This document shows positions 27,309 to 41,377 of a stretch of 64,000 nucleotides of DNA, piece after piece. Position 1 is the first letter of the stretch, and every line of letters starts with the position of its first letter. The notes beneath the pieces are model-generated. The model saw only the letters and a list, made by a program, of their open reading frames with translations, had not been told where the DNA came from and made no database searches. The position numbers were made by a program, and so were the translations under genes. Where the stretch lies: NCBI GenBank assembly GCA_964016885.1, contig OZ024740.1, positions 234,670,001 through 234,734,000 of the forward strand. Direction: 5' to 3'. Source of the stretch: Eledone cirrhosa. Taxonomy: Eukaryota.

Positions 27309-27632
27309 TTTTTAAATATGCTCAAAACACTGCAAAAATATCATGTTTAGAAGCAGGGCTATAAATAAACATAAATCGTTAAAAAAAGTAAATTGAAAGC
27401 TATAAATAGTTTGGCTTCAACACAAATAAAATGTTTGAGAGATAAGAACCAAGAATTTCTCAGGCATTCTGTTGTTATTTTTATTGTTGTTGCTGCTGTT
27501 ATTGTTGCTATTGTTGAATCAAACTGTCGTCCGGGAGTTGGTCGACAAAGCATTTTCTAACCGGATTACCTGCTTTTGACCCAGTTTTACTATCAATAGG
27601 TTTTCTGATTGTTCTACCTGGTCTAGAAGAAA

Positions 27633-27764
<132 letters not shown>

Positions 27765-28674
27765 ATTTTAAAATAAACCTTTCTGTATAATAGAACAATA
27801 TATATATATTACTGGAATTCTATATTTCTCGGCAGAAGCGAAGGGGCGAGTAGTCTTGATAACCGCTAACGAGCGAGAAACAGGACTGTCGATTACTCTC
27901 CTTTGTTTTTGCCGAGAATAGTCACTACTTTAAAATTCAAAGCGAATGGTCTTTAAAATGTTTTTAATTAAACATACAGTATATCATCAAATATACTATA
28001 CATACATTCATATATACATCGCTATTTCAGAGCACCAATACTAATATATATAATAGTTGTAAACCTAAGTTTAGTAGTTGTACAGCGACGGCTATATTCC
28101 TAGTAAAGCAACCTAAGATAATATCGTTTCACCGTTTATCTCGCCCTTAACGTAGTTTCAACTGATAAAACCGCATTGACCATTTTAATACCTAAAACAG
28201 ACAATACTGAAGAAATTCTGTTTCATCAGGTGGCTTCTTTGAAAGTATAGAACAATATTCACCTGTTATTAAACGGAATACGTCCATTGCCGTTCCAACA
28301 TCGTGTAAAATTCCAGGCATGCGTTGATCAACCAAACAAGTAAATATTTGTACATCACGGATGGCGTGACAGGTATAAAATGACACTAGAAATAGTTCAT
28401 ATATAACCCCTCTAACAAATCAACAACTAAAGTGTAGCAAATATCATACATCTATTGACTTACATTTATCCGGCAAACACTTTCAAAATAACACACTTCT
28501 GCCTAAACCTGTATTATATAGAAGTCAATTCTCTCCGAATGTCACATTAACGCTGAATCTAAAGAGATTCGGCGTGGGTAGTAGAAAATGCAGCATTAGT
28601 AATATTCTTAGTTATACAAGTTTCGCCGATTTGCTATCTCCCTGCATATATATATATATATGTATGTATGTGTG

Positions 28675-28779
<105 letters not shown>

Positions 28780-29182
28780 CGTGTGTGCGTGCATGTTTCT
28801 CTGTTGTGTGTTTCCCATAAACCCAACAATCAAACTGTACTATAAATGAAATGCTGTTTCTTCGTCTGTCTGTCCGACACAACATATATGTAGGAGGGAA
28901 AAGTTGTTGTTGTCGAGAGAGAAACACAGTGAGATAGAGAGTGTGTGCATGAAAGGCAGATAGCTAAGTAGTGTGTTGTCACCATAGTAACTAACGAGTT
29001 TTGACTAAAAACGCAGGAATCTTAAGTTCAAGCCTGCCGTCACTCTTATATGTATATATATAATATATATAGTTATTCTGTAGTTGTCGCCCTCTCTCTC
29101 TCACACACTCTTTCTCTCTCTCTCTCACACACTCTTTCTCTCTCTCTCGCTCTCTCTCTCTCGCTCTCGCTCTCTCCCTCTC

Positions 29183-29215
<33 letters not shown>

Positions 29216-29334
29216 TTATGTCTCTCTCTCTCTCTCTCTCTTTATGTCTCTCTCTCTCTCTCTCTGTTACAATTTTAGAAGGTACCTACAGGATTAAGAA
29301 ATATTTTTACTGGCAGTGTAGAGACGGTTAACGA

Positions 29335-29620
29335 CCTAGTTTTTATTAAAAACTAGGTCGTTACTATTTTCAAATTCTTTTTTCACACTCTTCTTGTATT
29401 CATTAGGTGTTACTGCATCAGCAGATTTCAATGTATCGAGATCTCTCATGATGTTACTCCTTACATTTTTAAGATACCAAGCTAGGTTTGTTTTCTTCGT
29501 TTTTGACACAATTTTCACTACTTATTCGTCTTCTACCTTCTTTCTTTCTTCCAGCATAAAGTTTTGCGACACTACTCTTTATGCACTGTCACCAACTTCT
29601 TAGTTTTCCTATCAATACTT
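29335..29620 (-). pseudogene. R4/Dong-like non-LTR retrotransposon fragment
   Basis: Minus translation IDRKTKKLVTVH..KLYAGRKKGRR.ISSENCV..LAWYLKN resembles the post-RT region of RLE-type LINEs. Confidence 0.55.
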
Positions 29621-29629
29621 TACAATTCG

Positions 29630-30477
29630 AACCGAGGAATGAAAAGGATCCGAACAAATTGATAATTTAAAGCCTATAACTCTACTAAATGCAAAGTTCA
29701 AAATTAACCAAAGCGTTAGCGACGAGGATGGCGCTTGTCGTCGTTGGTCTGATAGAGGAGGCGCGGACATGTACCATTCTGAAGAGATCCATTTACGACA
29801 ACCTCCGCTTTATGCGATACATCATAGAGAGGGTGGCTAAGGAACTTGGCAGGGGTGGGGCACTGATCAACTTAGGTCACTCGAAAGCATTCGATAGGGT
29901 TCCCCTTCAGTTACTGGCGGCGGTCCTCAAAGCAGCTGGCTTTGGGTCCGTTTACTGAGGATGGATCGCTACTATGCACAGCGACATCTACTCTGTGGTT
30001 AGAGTGAACGATCACTTCAATCCACCGCGGTTTTCTACTCTCGATCCCTGCTGTATGTATTAATTCTCGAGCCATTACTGAACAAATTGGAGACGATGAG
30101 GGGCATCCCATGCGAATTAGGACATGGGAGATCTGTGTCACCATATACCGACGACGTCACTATAGTAGTGTCGAACACCAGTCACATTGAAGTGATCGGC
30201 ACTGACCACCTGGAAAGACAAGTCCATACCATCCAACACAACATCGTCGGGCGCTGAACCGACGGACCTGTTAAATTGATTGGAGTCTGATTCAATCTAG
30301 AACTCCAGATGTACAAAACGGGGATGAGGTGACGAACAGAGTGGCCACTCTCACCCATAAATGGGCCTAGAGGAAGCTGTTCTTGAAAAGTAGAGCAGAG
30401 GTAGCGAACGCGTACATCGCGTCAAAAATCTACCACCCCATGACCGTCGTGCCTTGTCCTAAACTCCATCTGGCTGC
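29630..30477 (+). pseudogene. Degraded L1/Tx1-like RT fragment
   Basis: NLKPITLLN..KILTKALATRM, RSIYDNL, ALINL.HSKAFDRV, YTDDVT, RAEVANAYIAS. Confidence 0.75.
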
Positions 30478-31499
30478 ACTGGGGCGTTTTATTTCGGCTG
30501 AGCAATGTGTACGTAGTAAGAGCAACAGCTTGTGGGATTATCTAACATTAACTGAAGAACCACTATTCAGAGTTGTTCTGAAGGAAGACTTTATAACAGA
30601 AAGTCAAGGTAAGAAAGAATTCAACAGTCTTTGGAGAGAAACAAGAATAGGCATCGAAAGAAAAGGCTCTTCATGGTAAATTTCCAGCTGCCATTAAAGA
30701 CATTGCTGATCCTAGGTCTTGGCTTTAGCTTAGGTCAGGTTGGATTGAAAAGAGCACAGAGACTGTTATTACTGCCGCACAAGATCGGGCATTCAGAACC
30801 AATTGGGTAAAAGCTAACATGGATGAACAAAATTGCTCCCCCGCTTTGCAGAGTATGCCATAAAGCAGACAAATATGTGGTACATATTGCTAGTGGATGT
30901 GAGCAATTAGCAAAAAGATGTTATAAAATCCGGCATGATCTTATAGCAAAAAGAGTTCATTGGGAGTTATGCAAAAAATACATAGAAACGCAATATCAGT
31001 GGTACGAACATACACCTCATAAATTCTACCTATCAGGTGAGGGAGTAGAGTTATTTTGGAACCTCGAGATCAAGACCACAAACAAATTTCAACACAACCA
31101 CCCTGTTATTGTTGTAAAAACAAACCCCAAGATGGACCCTAATTAATATTGCATTCCCTCAAGATACAATGTGGCCGAAAAGGAAATGGAAAAGAGCAAT
31201 AAGTATGCAGACATTGCAGGTGCTATTAGATCTGAGCACCATGTAGAGACAGAAGTCGTGCCAATCATCAATGGGGCGCTAGGCACGGTCACTAAACGCC
31301 TTACGTCTTTCATCAAAAGACTTGGGATCCCTAACTTCATAGGCAGTCCCCAAATTTCCACTATAACTACCAATGCCAGAATCCTATGCGATATATTGAG
31401 CCTCTGAGATCAGGGACTAACCCGAGGCCAATTAACACGCTTCACCTAGCAGCAGTTGCTAGAGAAACTTTACAAAATGAAAAAATTATTATTATTATT
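30478..31499 (+). mobile_element. 3' part of R4/Dong-like (RLE) non-LTR retrotransposon
   Basis: CRVC...HIASGC zinc knuckle, RHD motif, EKSNKY, VPIINGALG; short 3' UTR and (ATT)n tail. Confidence 0.85.
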
Positions 31500-31508
31500 T
31501 TCTAATTG

Positions 31509-31732
31509 TAGGGCGGTGGATTGGCAGTATCGGTAAAGGGTCGGACGCAATGCTTAGCAGCATAGAGTTACGGCCCTTTGTGATCTGAGTTCAAATCCCG
31601 CCGAGGTTATCTTTGCCTTTCATCTTTACGGGGTCGATAAAATAAAATACCAGTCACGCACTGGGGTCGATTTAATCAACTTTCCCCTCCCCAAAAATTG
31701 TTGGCCTTGTGCCTATATAAGAAACAATTATT
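31509..31732 (+). mobile_element. SINE family 1
   Basis: Full length; TSD ttttctaattg. Confidence 0.9.
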
Positions 31733-32120
31733 TTCTAATTGAAAAAAATTAATAGGTTACAAAAGAAAGAAAGGGAAATAAAATTCAGTATGAAAGTCTG
31801 ACATGGATTTTTATTTCATAATATTTGGGTTTATTACATATCTCATCGACATTATAATGAAACCACGCAAAGTGAGGTTCGCCTATATATGTGAGTGTCT
31901 GTGTGTGGTGGTTTATGTGAAATATCATAACATCTATTTTACTGCCTTTTATAAAACACATATTTATTTCATGTTTACTTCAAATGTTATTGGATTTCTT
32001 CGCATATGTATTTTTTATGTATGTTAAGTTTTTAATGTTTTTCGTATGTAATTTCTGTTTATATTGTCTTCCCGTCCTGCATTCATATACCCCAAGGTCT
32101 ACATTCCACACACACCCACC

Positions 32121-32243
<123 letters not shown>

Positions 32244-32384
32244 TAGTAATTAACCAATATTAAACTAGTAAAACCATTATTCAGCAGAATATTCAATACT
32301 TGGAATAGTATAGTGTGACTATATTTGAAAGAGTCGGGGCCCGACAGTTGATCTGTCGTAACGGCAAGAGCTAGGCCCCAACTC

Positions 32385-32498
<114 letters not shown>

Positions 32499-33166
32499 TA
32501 GTATGATGTGTGTGTCATAAAACAAACAGCACAGATAAAAGGGCGAGAAGAAAACGAAGAAAAAAATAGAGATAGTGGACCTCAAGCTGTTTGTTTTAGT
32601 ACACACACATCATACCAGCAGAAAGATTTATTTTTCTGTTGCACGATCCAGTATTTTAAAATAGTACTCTAAATTAAATGTTGTGAAACCATTTTGCTGA
32701 TTTGAGAGCTGATGAGGGTGAAGATGTGTGTGTGTGTAAACTTGTCTTGTACATCGCCTTTCTTTATTTCCTTCTTTCATTCACTACTATGCGCCAACAC
32801 AACCCTCCTTATCCTCAGCCTCTTTCAACCTGTTCTATATTTCATCTGCCTGTCACTCACCTTGTGGATTGCCTCTCTGTTGACCACTGGGCGCTGGTCT
32901 CTGTCTTTTGTCCTCTGACCGCTAACACTAAATAAAATTGGTAATAAATAAGGTTTCTCCTGTGTTTTCAACTAATCTGACCTCCGACATGCTCGCATTC
33001 GACTTTTTTTTTAACCGAAAACGGTACTGAGGAGAGTGGCGAGTTGGGAACTTTGTACTGCTCTTTTTAGCACAGTGACTCTGTAGCAGATACTCTGGTG
33101 TATACATTCATATAATTTCTCTCTATCTATAGCTTTCTATCTCACTTAATGTCTCTCATTATCTCT

Positions 33167-33345
33167 TGGCAGTATCGGTAGAGGGTCGGACGCCATGCTT
33201 TCCAGCATAGTTACGTCCCTTTACGATCTGAGTTCAAATCTCGCCGAGGTTGACTTTGCCTTTCATCCTTACGGGGTCGATAAAATAAAGTACCAGTAAT
33301 GCACTGGGTATTTGCGGGCCTTGTGCCTAAAGTAGAAACAATTAT
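33167..33345 (+). mobile_element. SINE family 1
   Basis: Consensus match; TSD attatctctt. Confidence 0.85.
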
Positions 33346-33504
33346 CTCTTTCTCTGTCAACATCTCTCTATCTCTCTATTTGTACGTGTCTCTCTCTCTC
33401 TCTCTCTCTCTTACGGTTCTTATATATTTGATATATATTTATCCTTATCGAGCCCTCTTTGGATTTTAGTCTTCAAATTTATTATTATTACTATATATAT
33501 ATAT

Positions 33505-34025
33505 ATTATAATAAAATAACAGGAGGCTGGACTGGTGTAAATCCTTGAAAGGTTTATTATACTATGATCATTTCAATGACCGGGTTCCGTATGAATCCGG
33601 TGATATCATCAGGTATTCGAAATATAACAAAGGAATATAACAGATAAAATTCATGGGGCTTCTACTTTAGTCGGTCGCCCGACTAAAGTAGAAGATGCTA
33701 GATGGTCGGTCGTCCTCGGGTCTATGATTTTCAATCCCATGGATTTTATCTGTTATATTCCTTTGTTATATTTCGAATACCTGATGATATCACCGGATTC
33801 ATACGGAACCCGGTCATTGAAATGATCATAGTATAATAAACCTTTCAAGGATTTACACCAGTCCAGCCTCCTGATATTTTATAATAATTAACTCCGTACT
33901 CGCACCACCAACTACACAAACGAAGACGGGTGAGCTGCATTAGGTTGAGTACTCTCCATAATATTACATCGAGATTAACCATACGGAATGATCAGTTCTA
34001 TCCAGTGATGAACCAACAAACCTAA

Positions 34026-34030
<5 letters not shown>
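33505..34030 (+). mobile_element. Fold-back hammerhead mini-element
   Basis: Inverted repeat about 33505-33658 / 33736-33886, inner hairpin 33659-33694, one-sided tail; in (TA)n. Confidence 0.85.
33777..33834 (+). ncRNA. Minimal type-I hammerhead ribozyme
   Basis: atac CTGATGA tatc accgg...ccggt catt GAAA t gatc ATA gtat; inverted copy about 33558-33615. Confidence 0.8.
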
Positions 34031-34059
<29 letters not shown>

Positions 34060-34064
<5 letters not shown>

Positions 34065-34268
34065 AACGAGTAGGACCCCGACGGCTGAGCTCAAGCCGTT
34101 TCGACAGCTAATTCTGGACTAAAAAAAAAGTACTCCAGAATTAGCCGTCGAAACGGCTTGAGCTCAGCCGTCGGGGTCCTAGTCGTTCCTATTACCCACT
34201 CTACTACCCTAAGTATTGAGTACTTTGGTGCGTTATGGTCGACCTGGTTCCTTACCACATTTCCTTCG

Positions 34269-34272
<4 letters not shown>
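34060..34272 (+). mobile_element. Palindromic mini-element containing hammerhead 3' half
   Basis: Inverted repeat 34060-34120 / 34130-34193 with GAAAC GGCT tgagctc AGCC GTC, plus tail. Relatives at 4800-4925, 32250-32388, 36216-36344 and 37343-37556. Confidence 0.75.
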
Positions 34273-34304
<32 letters not shown>

Positions 34305-34306
<2 letters not shown>

Positions 34307-34720
34307 ATATATAAGATCAAAAGATGGTTAAAAGAGTTCCATGTATTTTATTATGCGCATTTCAAAAACAAATATCATCATGCAATAACATTTGTGTTTT
34401 CATCAGATAAAATAGGAAGACATGATAATGAAGGTTAAAAAACACTTGTGGATAGTGCAGTTTTAAATCAACATATCATAAAACTGCACTATCCACAAGT
34501 GTTTTTTAACCTTCATATCATGTCTTCCTATTTTATCTGATGAAAACACAAATGTTATTGCATGATGATATTTGTTTTTGAAATGCGCATAATAAAATAC
34601 ATGGAACTCTTTTAACCATCTTTTGATCTTATATATTATGTATACTCCAGTCCTACAAACAGTAGAGTGCTTCTTATCCGATATCTGCATTGCTTTATTG
34701 TACTACAATAAAACTCACCT

Positions 34721-34724
<4 letters not shown>
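34305..34724 (+). mobile_element. Fold-back hammerhead mini-element
   Basis: About 160-bp near-perfect inverted repeat (34305-34464 / 34480-34640) plus tail; in (TA)n. Confidence 0.85.
34529..34599 (+). ncRNA. Minimal type-I hammerhead ribozyme
   Basis: tattttat CTGATGA aaacacaaatgtta..tgatatttgttttt GAAA t gcgc ATA ataaaata; 8-bp stem I, palindromic stem III. Confidence 0.88.
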
Positions 34725-34802
<78 letters not shown>

Positions 34803-34807
<5 letters not shown>

Positions 34808-35120
34808 AAAAGAAATCTAATATATAAGGAAAAGAAATCGAAAATGCAACTGGAGTCTCTTTTTAAGAATATTTATTTGTTTCCTTTACCGGAATTGAGA
34901 TGGAGTGTTTGTGATTTTACTCACATCAGATGCGAGTAAAACCACAAACCCTGCATCTTATCTCATCCTACTTTTGAAAAACATAAGAACTGTGAAACCG
35001 GTAAAGGAACAAATAAATATTCTTAAAAAGACTCCAGTTGCATTTTCGATTTCTTTTCCTTATATTTTCACTCGTGTTGGACATCTGGTTTTTTTTTTTT
35101 TAAAAAAACCTAATTTTCTT
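34803..35120 (+). mobile_element. Fold-back mini-element with hammerhead 3' half
   Basis: Inverted repeat about 34824-34892 / 34998-35064; GAAA C CG GTA aagg. Related solo copy at 22078-22235. Confidence 0.65.
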
Positions 35121-35243
35121 ATATATATATGTGTGTGTCTATCTCTCTCACTATCTCTTTCTCAAGATATGTCTTTCTCTTCATCTGTATATGTGTCTCT
35201 CATACTGCTTGTCTGTCAATATATATATATGTAAATATATATA

Positions 35244-35285
<42 letters not shown>

Positions 35286-35319
35286 TGTACACTCGCACAC
35301 GCACAAGAATTTAAACACA

Positions 35320-36205
35320 TATATATAAACGAAGTTTGTTTGTTAACCGTTAATACACTAAATAAAATTGATAATAATTAAAGTTTTTCGTGTGTTTTCA
35401 TCTAATCTGACCTCTGACAAGCTCGCAATTCACTTTTTCTCCGAAAACGGAATGGGGGAGAGGGGGGGGGGGATCCACAAATTTTCCGAACCTCGGGGAA
35501 TTTCTTCTGTGGGAATTTTCTATATTTTGTAGGTTTTTTTGTTTTTTTTCATTTGTTTGCACCGATCTGACATCCGACTCACTTGCCAATGACTCATTTT
35601 TCCGAAAAATTGGAGAATTAAGAGGACCCTCGGCGTTACAGATAAGCGTCTCTTAACCGTTTAAATTGATAGAAAAGCAATCCCTTAATACTTAAAGATG
35701 TTTTGATCCTTCACTATTTTGTACTATTGTGGAAAGTGTTGTAAACTTATTTAATCAAGTGTACCCCAATTTCGAAATCAGCCATTCCAGCGAGGTGCGC
35801 CTGTGTGAAAAAGTAATCTTTGCCCGCCAAAACATCACAGTGAATGCCATCAACAATAGGCTTTCACAGGTGATCCCTGGAGGTAACCAGACCTATAAAT
35901 CTATTGACAAACTTGTCGATAATGTCGAAGCTATTCACTGTCCCTTTAAATTTCTCAACAGTCTGGAACCATCTGGTATGCTGTCAGACAAACTTGAACT
36001 GAAGAAAGGCACAGTGACCATGCTTCTCAGAAACCAGGATCAGCCATGATGTATCTACATATCTCAAATAAATGTTTTAAATTATGTTATCCAATATATG
36101 AACACCGTTTAACATATTTTGTTTTAAGAAAAATGGGCATTATGATAGATGCCAATAGGTGCCTTATGAATAGATTTGAGCACAGCAAAGACCAGGGCGA
36201 TATAT
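35320..36205 (+). mobile_element. Helitron remnant with PIF1-like helicase fragment
   Basis: ORF 35729-36049 VYPNF...VNAINN...TYKSID...FLNSLEPSG...LELKKG...MLLRN matches Helitron helicase motifs. Confidence 0.8.
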
Positions 36206-36215
36206 ATATATATAT

Positions 36216-36443
<228 letters not shown>

Positions 36444-36839
36444 GCATACATACATATATCTAGTTTGTCAGCCTGTGTGTGTCACCGAGACTGTAGTAAG
36501 TATAGTTCGTTAATGTGTGAGGAAAGTATTCGATAAAAGCCAGTTACGATGAAACATCGGTTATTCACCTTCCTTATTCTGTTTCAGAACACACCATAAT
36601 CCAAGGTAGTATTATTGAAAGGCCAGAAGTATATTTTCTCATCTAGAAAATCTATAACTTATAACATTAAATGTGTATGACATAAAACATATCACAACAC
36701 AAAGAGTTGGACACACATATAACCTCACACACACACAAATACTCCCACATTCACCCACACATATACACATATATACACACATACACACACATACAAAGAC
36801 ATTAGTGTTTGATATTTCTTAAGTAACAAGTATTCATAC

Positions 36840-36877
<38 letters not shown>

Positions 36878-36920
36878 ATCTATCTATCTTTCTTCCTCTC
36901 TCTCTCACACGGGCATATAA

Positions 36921-36995
<75 letters not shown>

Positions 36996-36998
36996 TGC

Positions 36999-37060
<62 letters not shown>

Positions 37061-37119
37061 TATATATATATATCACAAAAAAAAAAGAGAATCAGTGTTG
37101 CGACGAATGGAATTTATTG

Positions 37120-37215
37120 GACATATTACAATCGTTTCTCTGGCGACCAGCTCGAGGCACGATCGATGTGATGATCGAACCTGACTCTGAAAATGGCAAG
37201 GTCCTCAGATACGTC
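37120..37215 (-). ncRNA. Hammerhead ribozyme with large loop II
   Basis: gacgtat CTGAGGA...GAAAC gatt GTA atatgtc; 7-bp stem I, weak stem II. Confidence 0.65.
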
Positions 37216-37342
37216 TTGATTCTACGAAGCAGATTTTTTCTGTGATATCATACTCTGCTCTATGAGAGCATCGAGTGCTCATACGGCCTATGGCATACGG
37301 ACGCTTTAAGCATCCAACACCAATTATATATATATATATATA

Positions 37343-37556
37343 TAACGAAGGAGTTGTGGTAAGGAACCAGACGGACCATAACGCACCAGAGTACTCAATA
37401 CTTAGGGTAGTAGAGTGGGTAATAGGAAAATGTATGACCCCGACAGCAGAGCTCAAGCCTATATATAGGAAAAGAGTCAGGACTCCGACGGCTGATCTCC
37501 GGCCGTTTCGACAGCTAGATCAGATCTAGCTGTCGAAAAGGCTGGAGTTTCAGCCA
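37343..37556 (-). mobile_element. Palindromic mini-element family member(s)
   Basis: Tail is the reverse complement of 34194-34272; hairpin gacagctagatc a gatctagctgtc. Confidence 0.65.
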
Positions 37557-37626
37557 TTCATCCATCCATTTCTCTCTCTCTCACTCTCTCTCTCTCTTTC
37601 TATCTCTCTCTCTCTCTCTCTCTCTA

Positions 37627-37669
<43 letters not shown>

Positions 37670-37674
<5 letters not shown>

Positions 37675-38029
37675 TTAAGGATACTATTTATGGTTATGTA
37701 TATACTAAAACTTTTTATAGTTATATTTTAAACCCTAAACAGTGAAGGTCAGTAATTTATTACTACCTTATTACCAGTAAGATAAATAGCTCAATGTAAT
37801 AACATCAGTTGTTCTACTGAGCAGTTATATAGAATTCACAAGAATCAAAGCTATGTTCAAAGTATTTATTCACTTACAATTGTTTCATCCAAACCTAGGC
37901 TTGCAGTCTTCGGAGCATTTTTCAATGTTTGTACACATACTTGAAAAATGCTCCGAAGAATCCAAGCCTAGGTTTGGATGAAACAATTGTAAGTGAATAA
38001 ATACTTTGAACATAGCTTTGATTCTTGTG

Positions 38030-38035
<6 letters not shown>
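37670..38035. mobile_element. Fold-back hammerhead mini-element
   Basis: Inverted repeat about 37833-37925 / 37941-38033 plus left tail. Hammerhead 37949-37995 (+): tgct CCGAAGA atccaagc-ctag-gtttggat GAAAC aatt GTA agtg. Confidence 0.8.
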
Positions 38036-38075
<40 letters not shown>

Positions 38076-38078
<3 letters not shown>

Positions 38079-38467
38079 GAGGTTATATTTAATTTGTTGG
38101 GATATAACCAGCAAAATATTTTTATAACTGATATAAAGCACTCAACAAATTATTGGAGTAAATATACAATATATTAACAAATGGAAACTATATTTATAAA
38201 ACCATATTTATTTCATTATACATATTTCAAGGGCCACCAGAGCAAACTATGGTGCGCTTTCATCACATAAAATATAATATAGGTTAGTTTTATAAATAAA
38301 TATTGACATACGAAAAGGGTATGTCAATATTTATTTAGAAAACTAACCTATATTATATTTTATCTGATGAAAGCACACCATAGTTTGCTCTGGTGGCCCT
38401 TGAAATATGTATAATGAAATAAATATGGTTTTATAAATATAGTTTCCATTTGTTAATATATTGTATA
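38076..38467. mobile_element. Fold-back hammerhead mini-element
   Basis: Inverted repeat about 38162-38310 / 38319-38467 plus left tail. Hammerhead 38358-38419 (+): ttttat CTGATGA aag..cacca..tggtg..ctt GAAA t atgt ATA atgaaa. Confidence 0.82.
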
Positions 38468-38482
38468 TATATATATATATTC

Positions 38483-38536
<54 letters not shown>

Positions 38537-38697
38537 TAGGTGGGTAGATATTGATTTTTCAAAACCTCAGACTCACACAAACTCCCACGCACACTCTCTG
38601 TCCTACACAATCATAGAAACAGACATACGGACATTAATATTATATATTGCTTTAGAATACACCAAGGAAACATATTACATATTAAGTGCAAATAGAA

Positions 38698-38792
<95 letters not shown>

Positions 38793-38816
38793 TACATACA
38801 TATAAATATACATACA

Positions 38817-38854
<38 letters not shown>

Positions 38855-38863
38855 TATATATAA

Positions 38864-38913
<50 letters not shown>

Positions 38914-39000
38914 GTATATATATATGTATGTATGTATATATATATATATGTGTATATATATATGTATGTATATATATATATGTATATATATATATGTATG

Positions 39001-39097
<97 letters not shown>

Positions 39098-39140
39098 ATA
39101 TATATACATGTATATATATGTATGTATATATTTATATATG

Positions 39141-39187
<47 letters not shown>

Positions 39188-39213
39188 GTATATATATATA
39201 TGTATATATATAT

Positions 39214-39253
<40 letters not shown>

Positions 39254-39256
39254 GTA

Positions 39257-39344
<88 letters not shown>

Positions 39345-39959
39345 GAGAGAAGGGGAGATGAGAGAGAGAGAGACCTACATACACATGAGCAAATATGTCT
39401 ATATGAATATATGGGATTGGATTAGGGTTCTTTGTGTGCTTGTTTACGTATATGGGAAGATGAAATTCGAGTATCACACGATTTAATTATTAAGATTTCG
39501 ACGTGTTTGATTATTGTAGAAGGTATAAAGTGTGTTTGGTGATTGTAGACTAATTTCATCATCTATCTACCATATTGGACGGTGAAATATCTTAATACTG
39601 ACTCGGATTTAATAGACACAACACATTCTATATAATTCCAATGTTGTTGCCTGCTGAAGCATTGGAACTATTAAATAGACGGTCAGGTTTTTGCTAAGAA
39701 AATCTGAACATCATTACGTCATAATAGAAACATTTCAAAAGGGTAAAGCTCCAACATTCTTCCCTTGAAGTAAATAATATTTCTCGGTGTAAACAATACA
39801 CCAGAATTTAATTTAAAAAAACGCCAATTACATGACGTCGTAATAGAATATGTCTGTATCTGGAAAACAAAACAAGAAATAAAATGTCCAAACTCTCGGA
39901 AAAAGATTGATTTTTCAGACACAAAATATGAAATGTTTAAGAGACGAGTGGAAGCAGTA

Positions 39960-40275
39960 TATTCGAATGGTAAAGAAGTTCGCTTCTCAATCGTTAAGGT
40001 CCCGAGTTTAATCCACTGCGTAGCATTTACCATATCATCTGGTCGACGTATGCCTTGTGACTGAAATTGGGTAGAAGGAAACTGTTTGGAAGCCCATCGG
40101 ATGTACTGAACCTGTAATTAAGAGGACCCGCTTTGTCATATGCTATGTCACACTGTAACTCCTTTAGAATTACATTGAGAGTACACGTGTCTGTGGAATG
40201 TTCAACCACTTATACGTTCATTTCACGAGCAGGCTGTTCAGTTAATCAAACAATTGGAAGACTCATCGAAACAGG
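39960..40275 (+). mobile_element. Old tRNA-derived SINE (family 3)
   Basis: Head aagaagttcgcttc shared with 56025-56170 (+) and 26125-26165 (-). Confidence 0.5.
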
Positions 40276-40467
40276 TGGAGGTCCATTTTATAAGCTATGA
40301 GGAAAGCAAAACTGATTGAGATATACTTAAAATTATAAAGGTGGTCTTATGGTCACGTTTATAATTTTATTAGTGGAACCGTGCCGTCAATAATCAAGAC
40401 AGTAACGTTGAACGTATTTAATTTTTGAAGTCCAAGATAAGTATGCCATCTATACCAGGATTACAGT

Positions 40468-40659
40468 CAGACCTGCCAACCTCTAAAAACCCAAACGGGG
40501 AATACCCCAAAAAGTGCCCCAAAAAGAGGAGAAATGAGGCAAAATGGGGAGATTTTATATAATGAAAGCTATACCCATTTTCACGAGAGAAGACATCTCT
40601 CACCCACCCCAAAGTGCTTGGGAGATCTCCCGTTCGGGCGAGGAGAGTTTACAGGTCTG
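40468..40659. mobile_element. MITE with cagacctg TIRs
   Basis: TIR cagacctgccaac / gtttacaggtctg; second copy at 54923-55118. Confidence 0.8.
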
Positions 40660-41061
40660 CAGAGTATATGAACAATCATGCAAACTGGAAAATTTGCCTT
40701 TTGATAAATTAATGATTTGCATAAAAGAAACCCTATAGTTTGTGTTGCTTACTGACACGTGGATGTGATTAAATATAAGAATATTTTTATTTATTTCTAG
40801 GATATAATTGCAAAAATGTTCAGCATGCATGAATAACTTTGGAGAAATAACTATTTATAGAAACAAATATAGGGTTAAAACACATGTCTTATTATAACTA
40901 TATAACTGAAATATGACAAGTATTGTGTATGTATTTGTGTATGTTCGTGTGCGTAAAGTTTAAAGATTTACAGACATATATATATATATATATATATTTC
41001 TCTAAAAACACTTTTCCAATTCCACCCCGGCGGTCCCTTCAATCGTTCTAATTTCTCATTC

Positions 41062-41100
41062 TTTCTTCCGATGAAGGACTAGCGTCCGAAACTTTAAAAC
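41062..41100 (+). ncRNA. Degenerate minimal hammerhead motif
   Basis: CCGATGA a ggac-tagc-gtcc GAAAC ttt aaaac; stems I and III weak. Confidence 0.5.
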
Positions 41101-41377
41101 CCTCTTCCTGCTATTTCAAGCGTTAACTTAATATATTCCTTCCATATACTGTACCGATTGTGTTGTTATTTCTGTTTACCTTTTACAAACACGCGCGTGT
41201 GCGCGCACACATATGTGTGTGTGTGTGTGTGTGTGCGTGTATATATATATAAGACCAAAATCTGAAGAGGGATTGATAAGGATTGTATATATAAATATAA
41301 AAAAGTATATATAAACCCGTAGAGCAAATATTTATTATTATTATAGGAGATTCTTTGCTTAAACTTTAATCTGTAAT

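Noticed and set aside
28192-28386. Possible host exon MPGILHDVGTAMDVFRLIT with AG/GTGAAT donor
   Set aside because: No recognisable homology or supporting exons.
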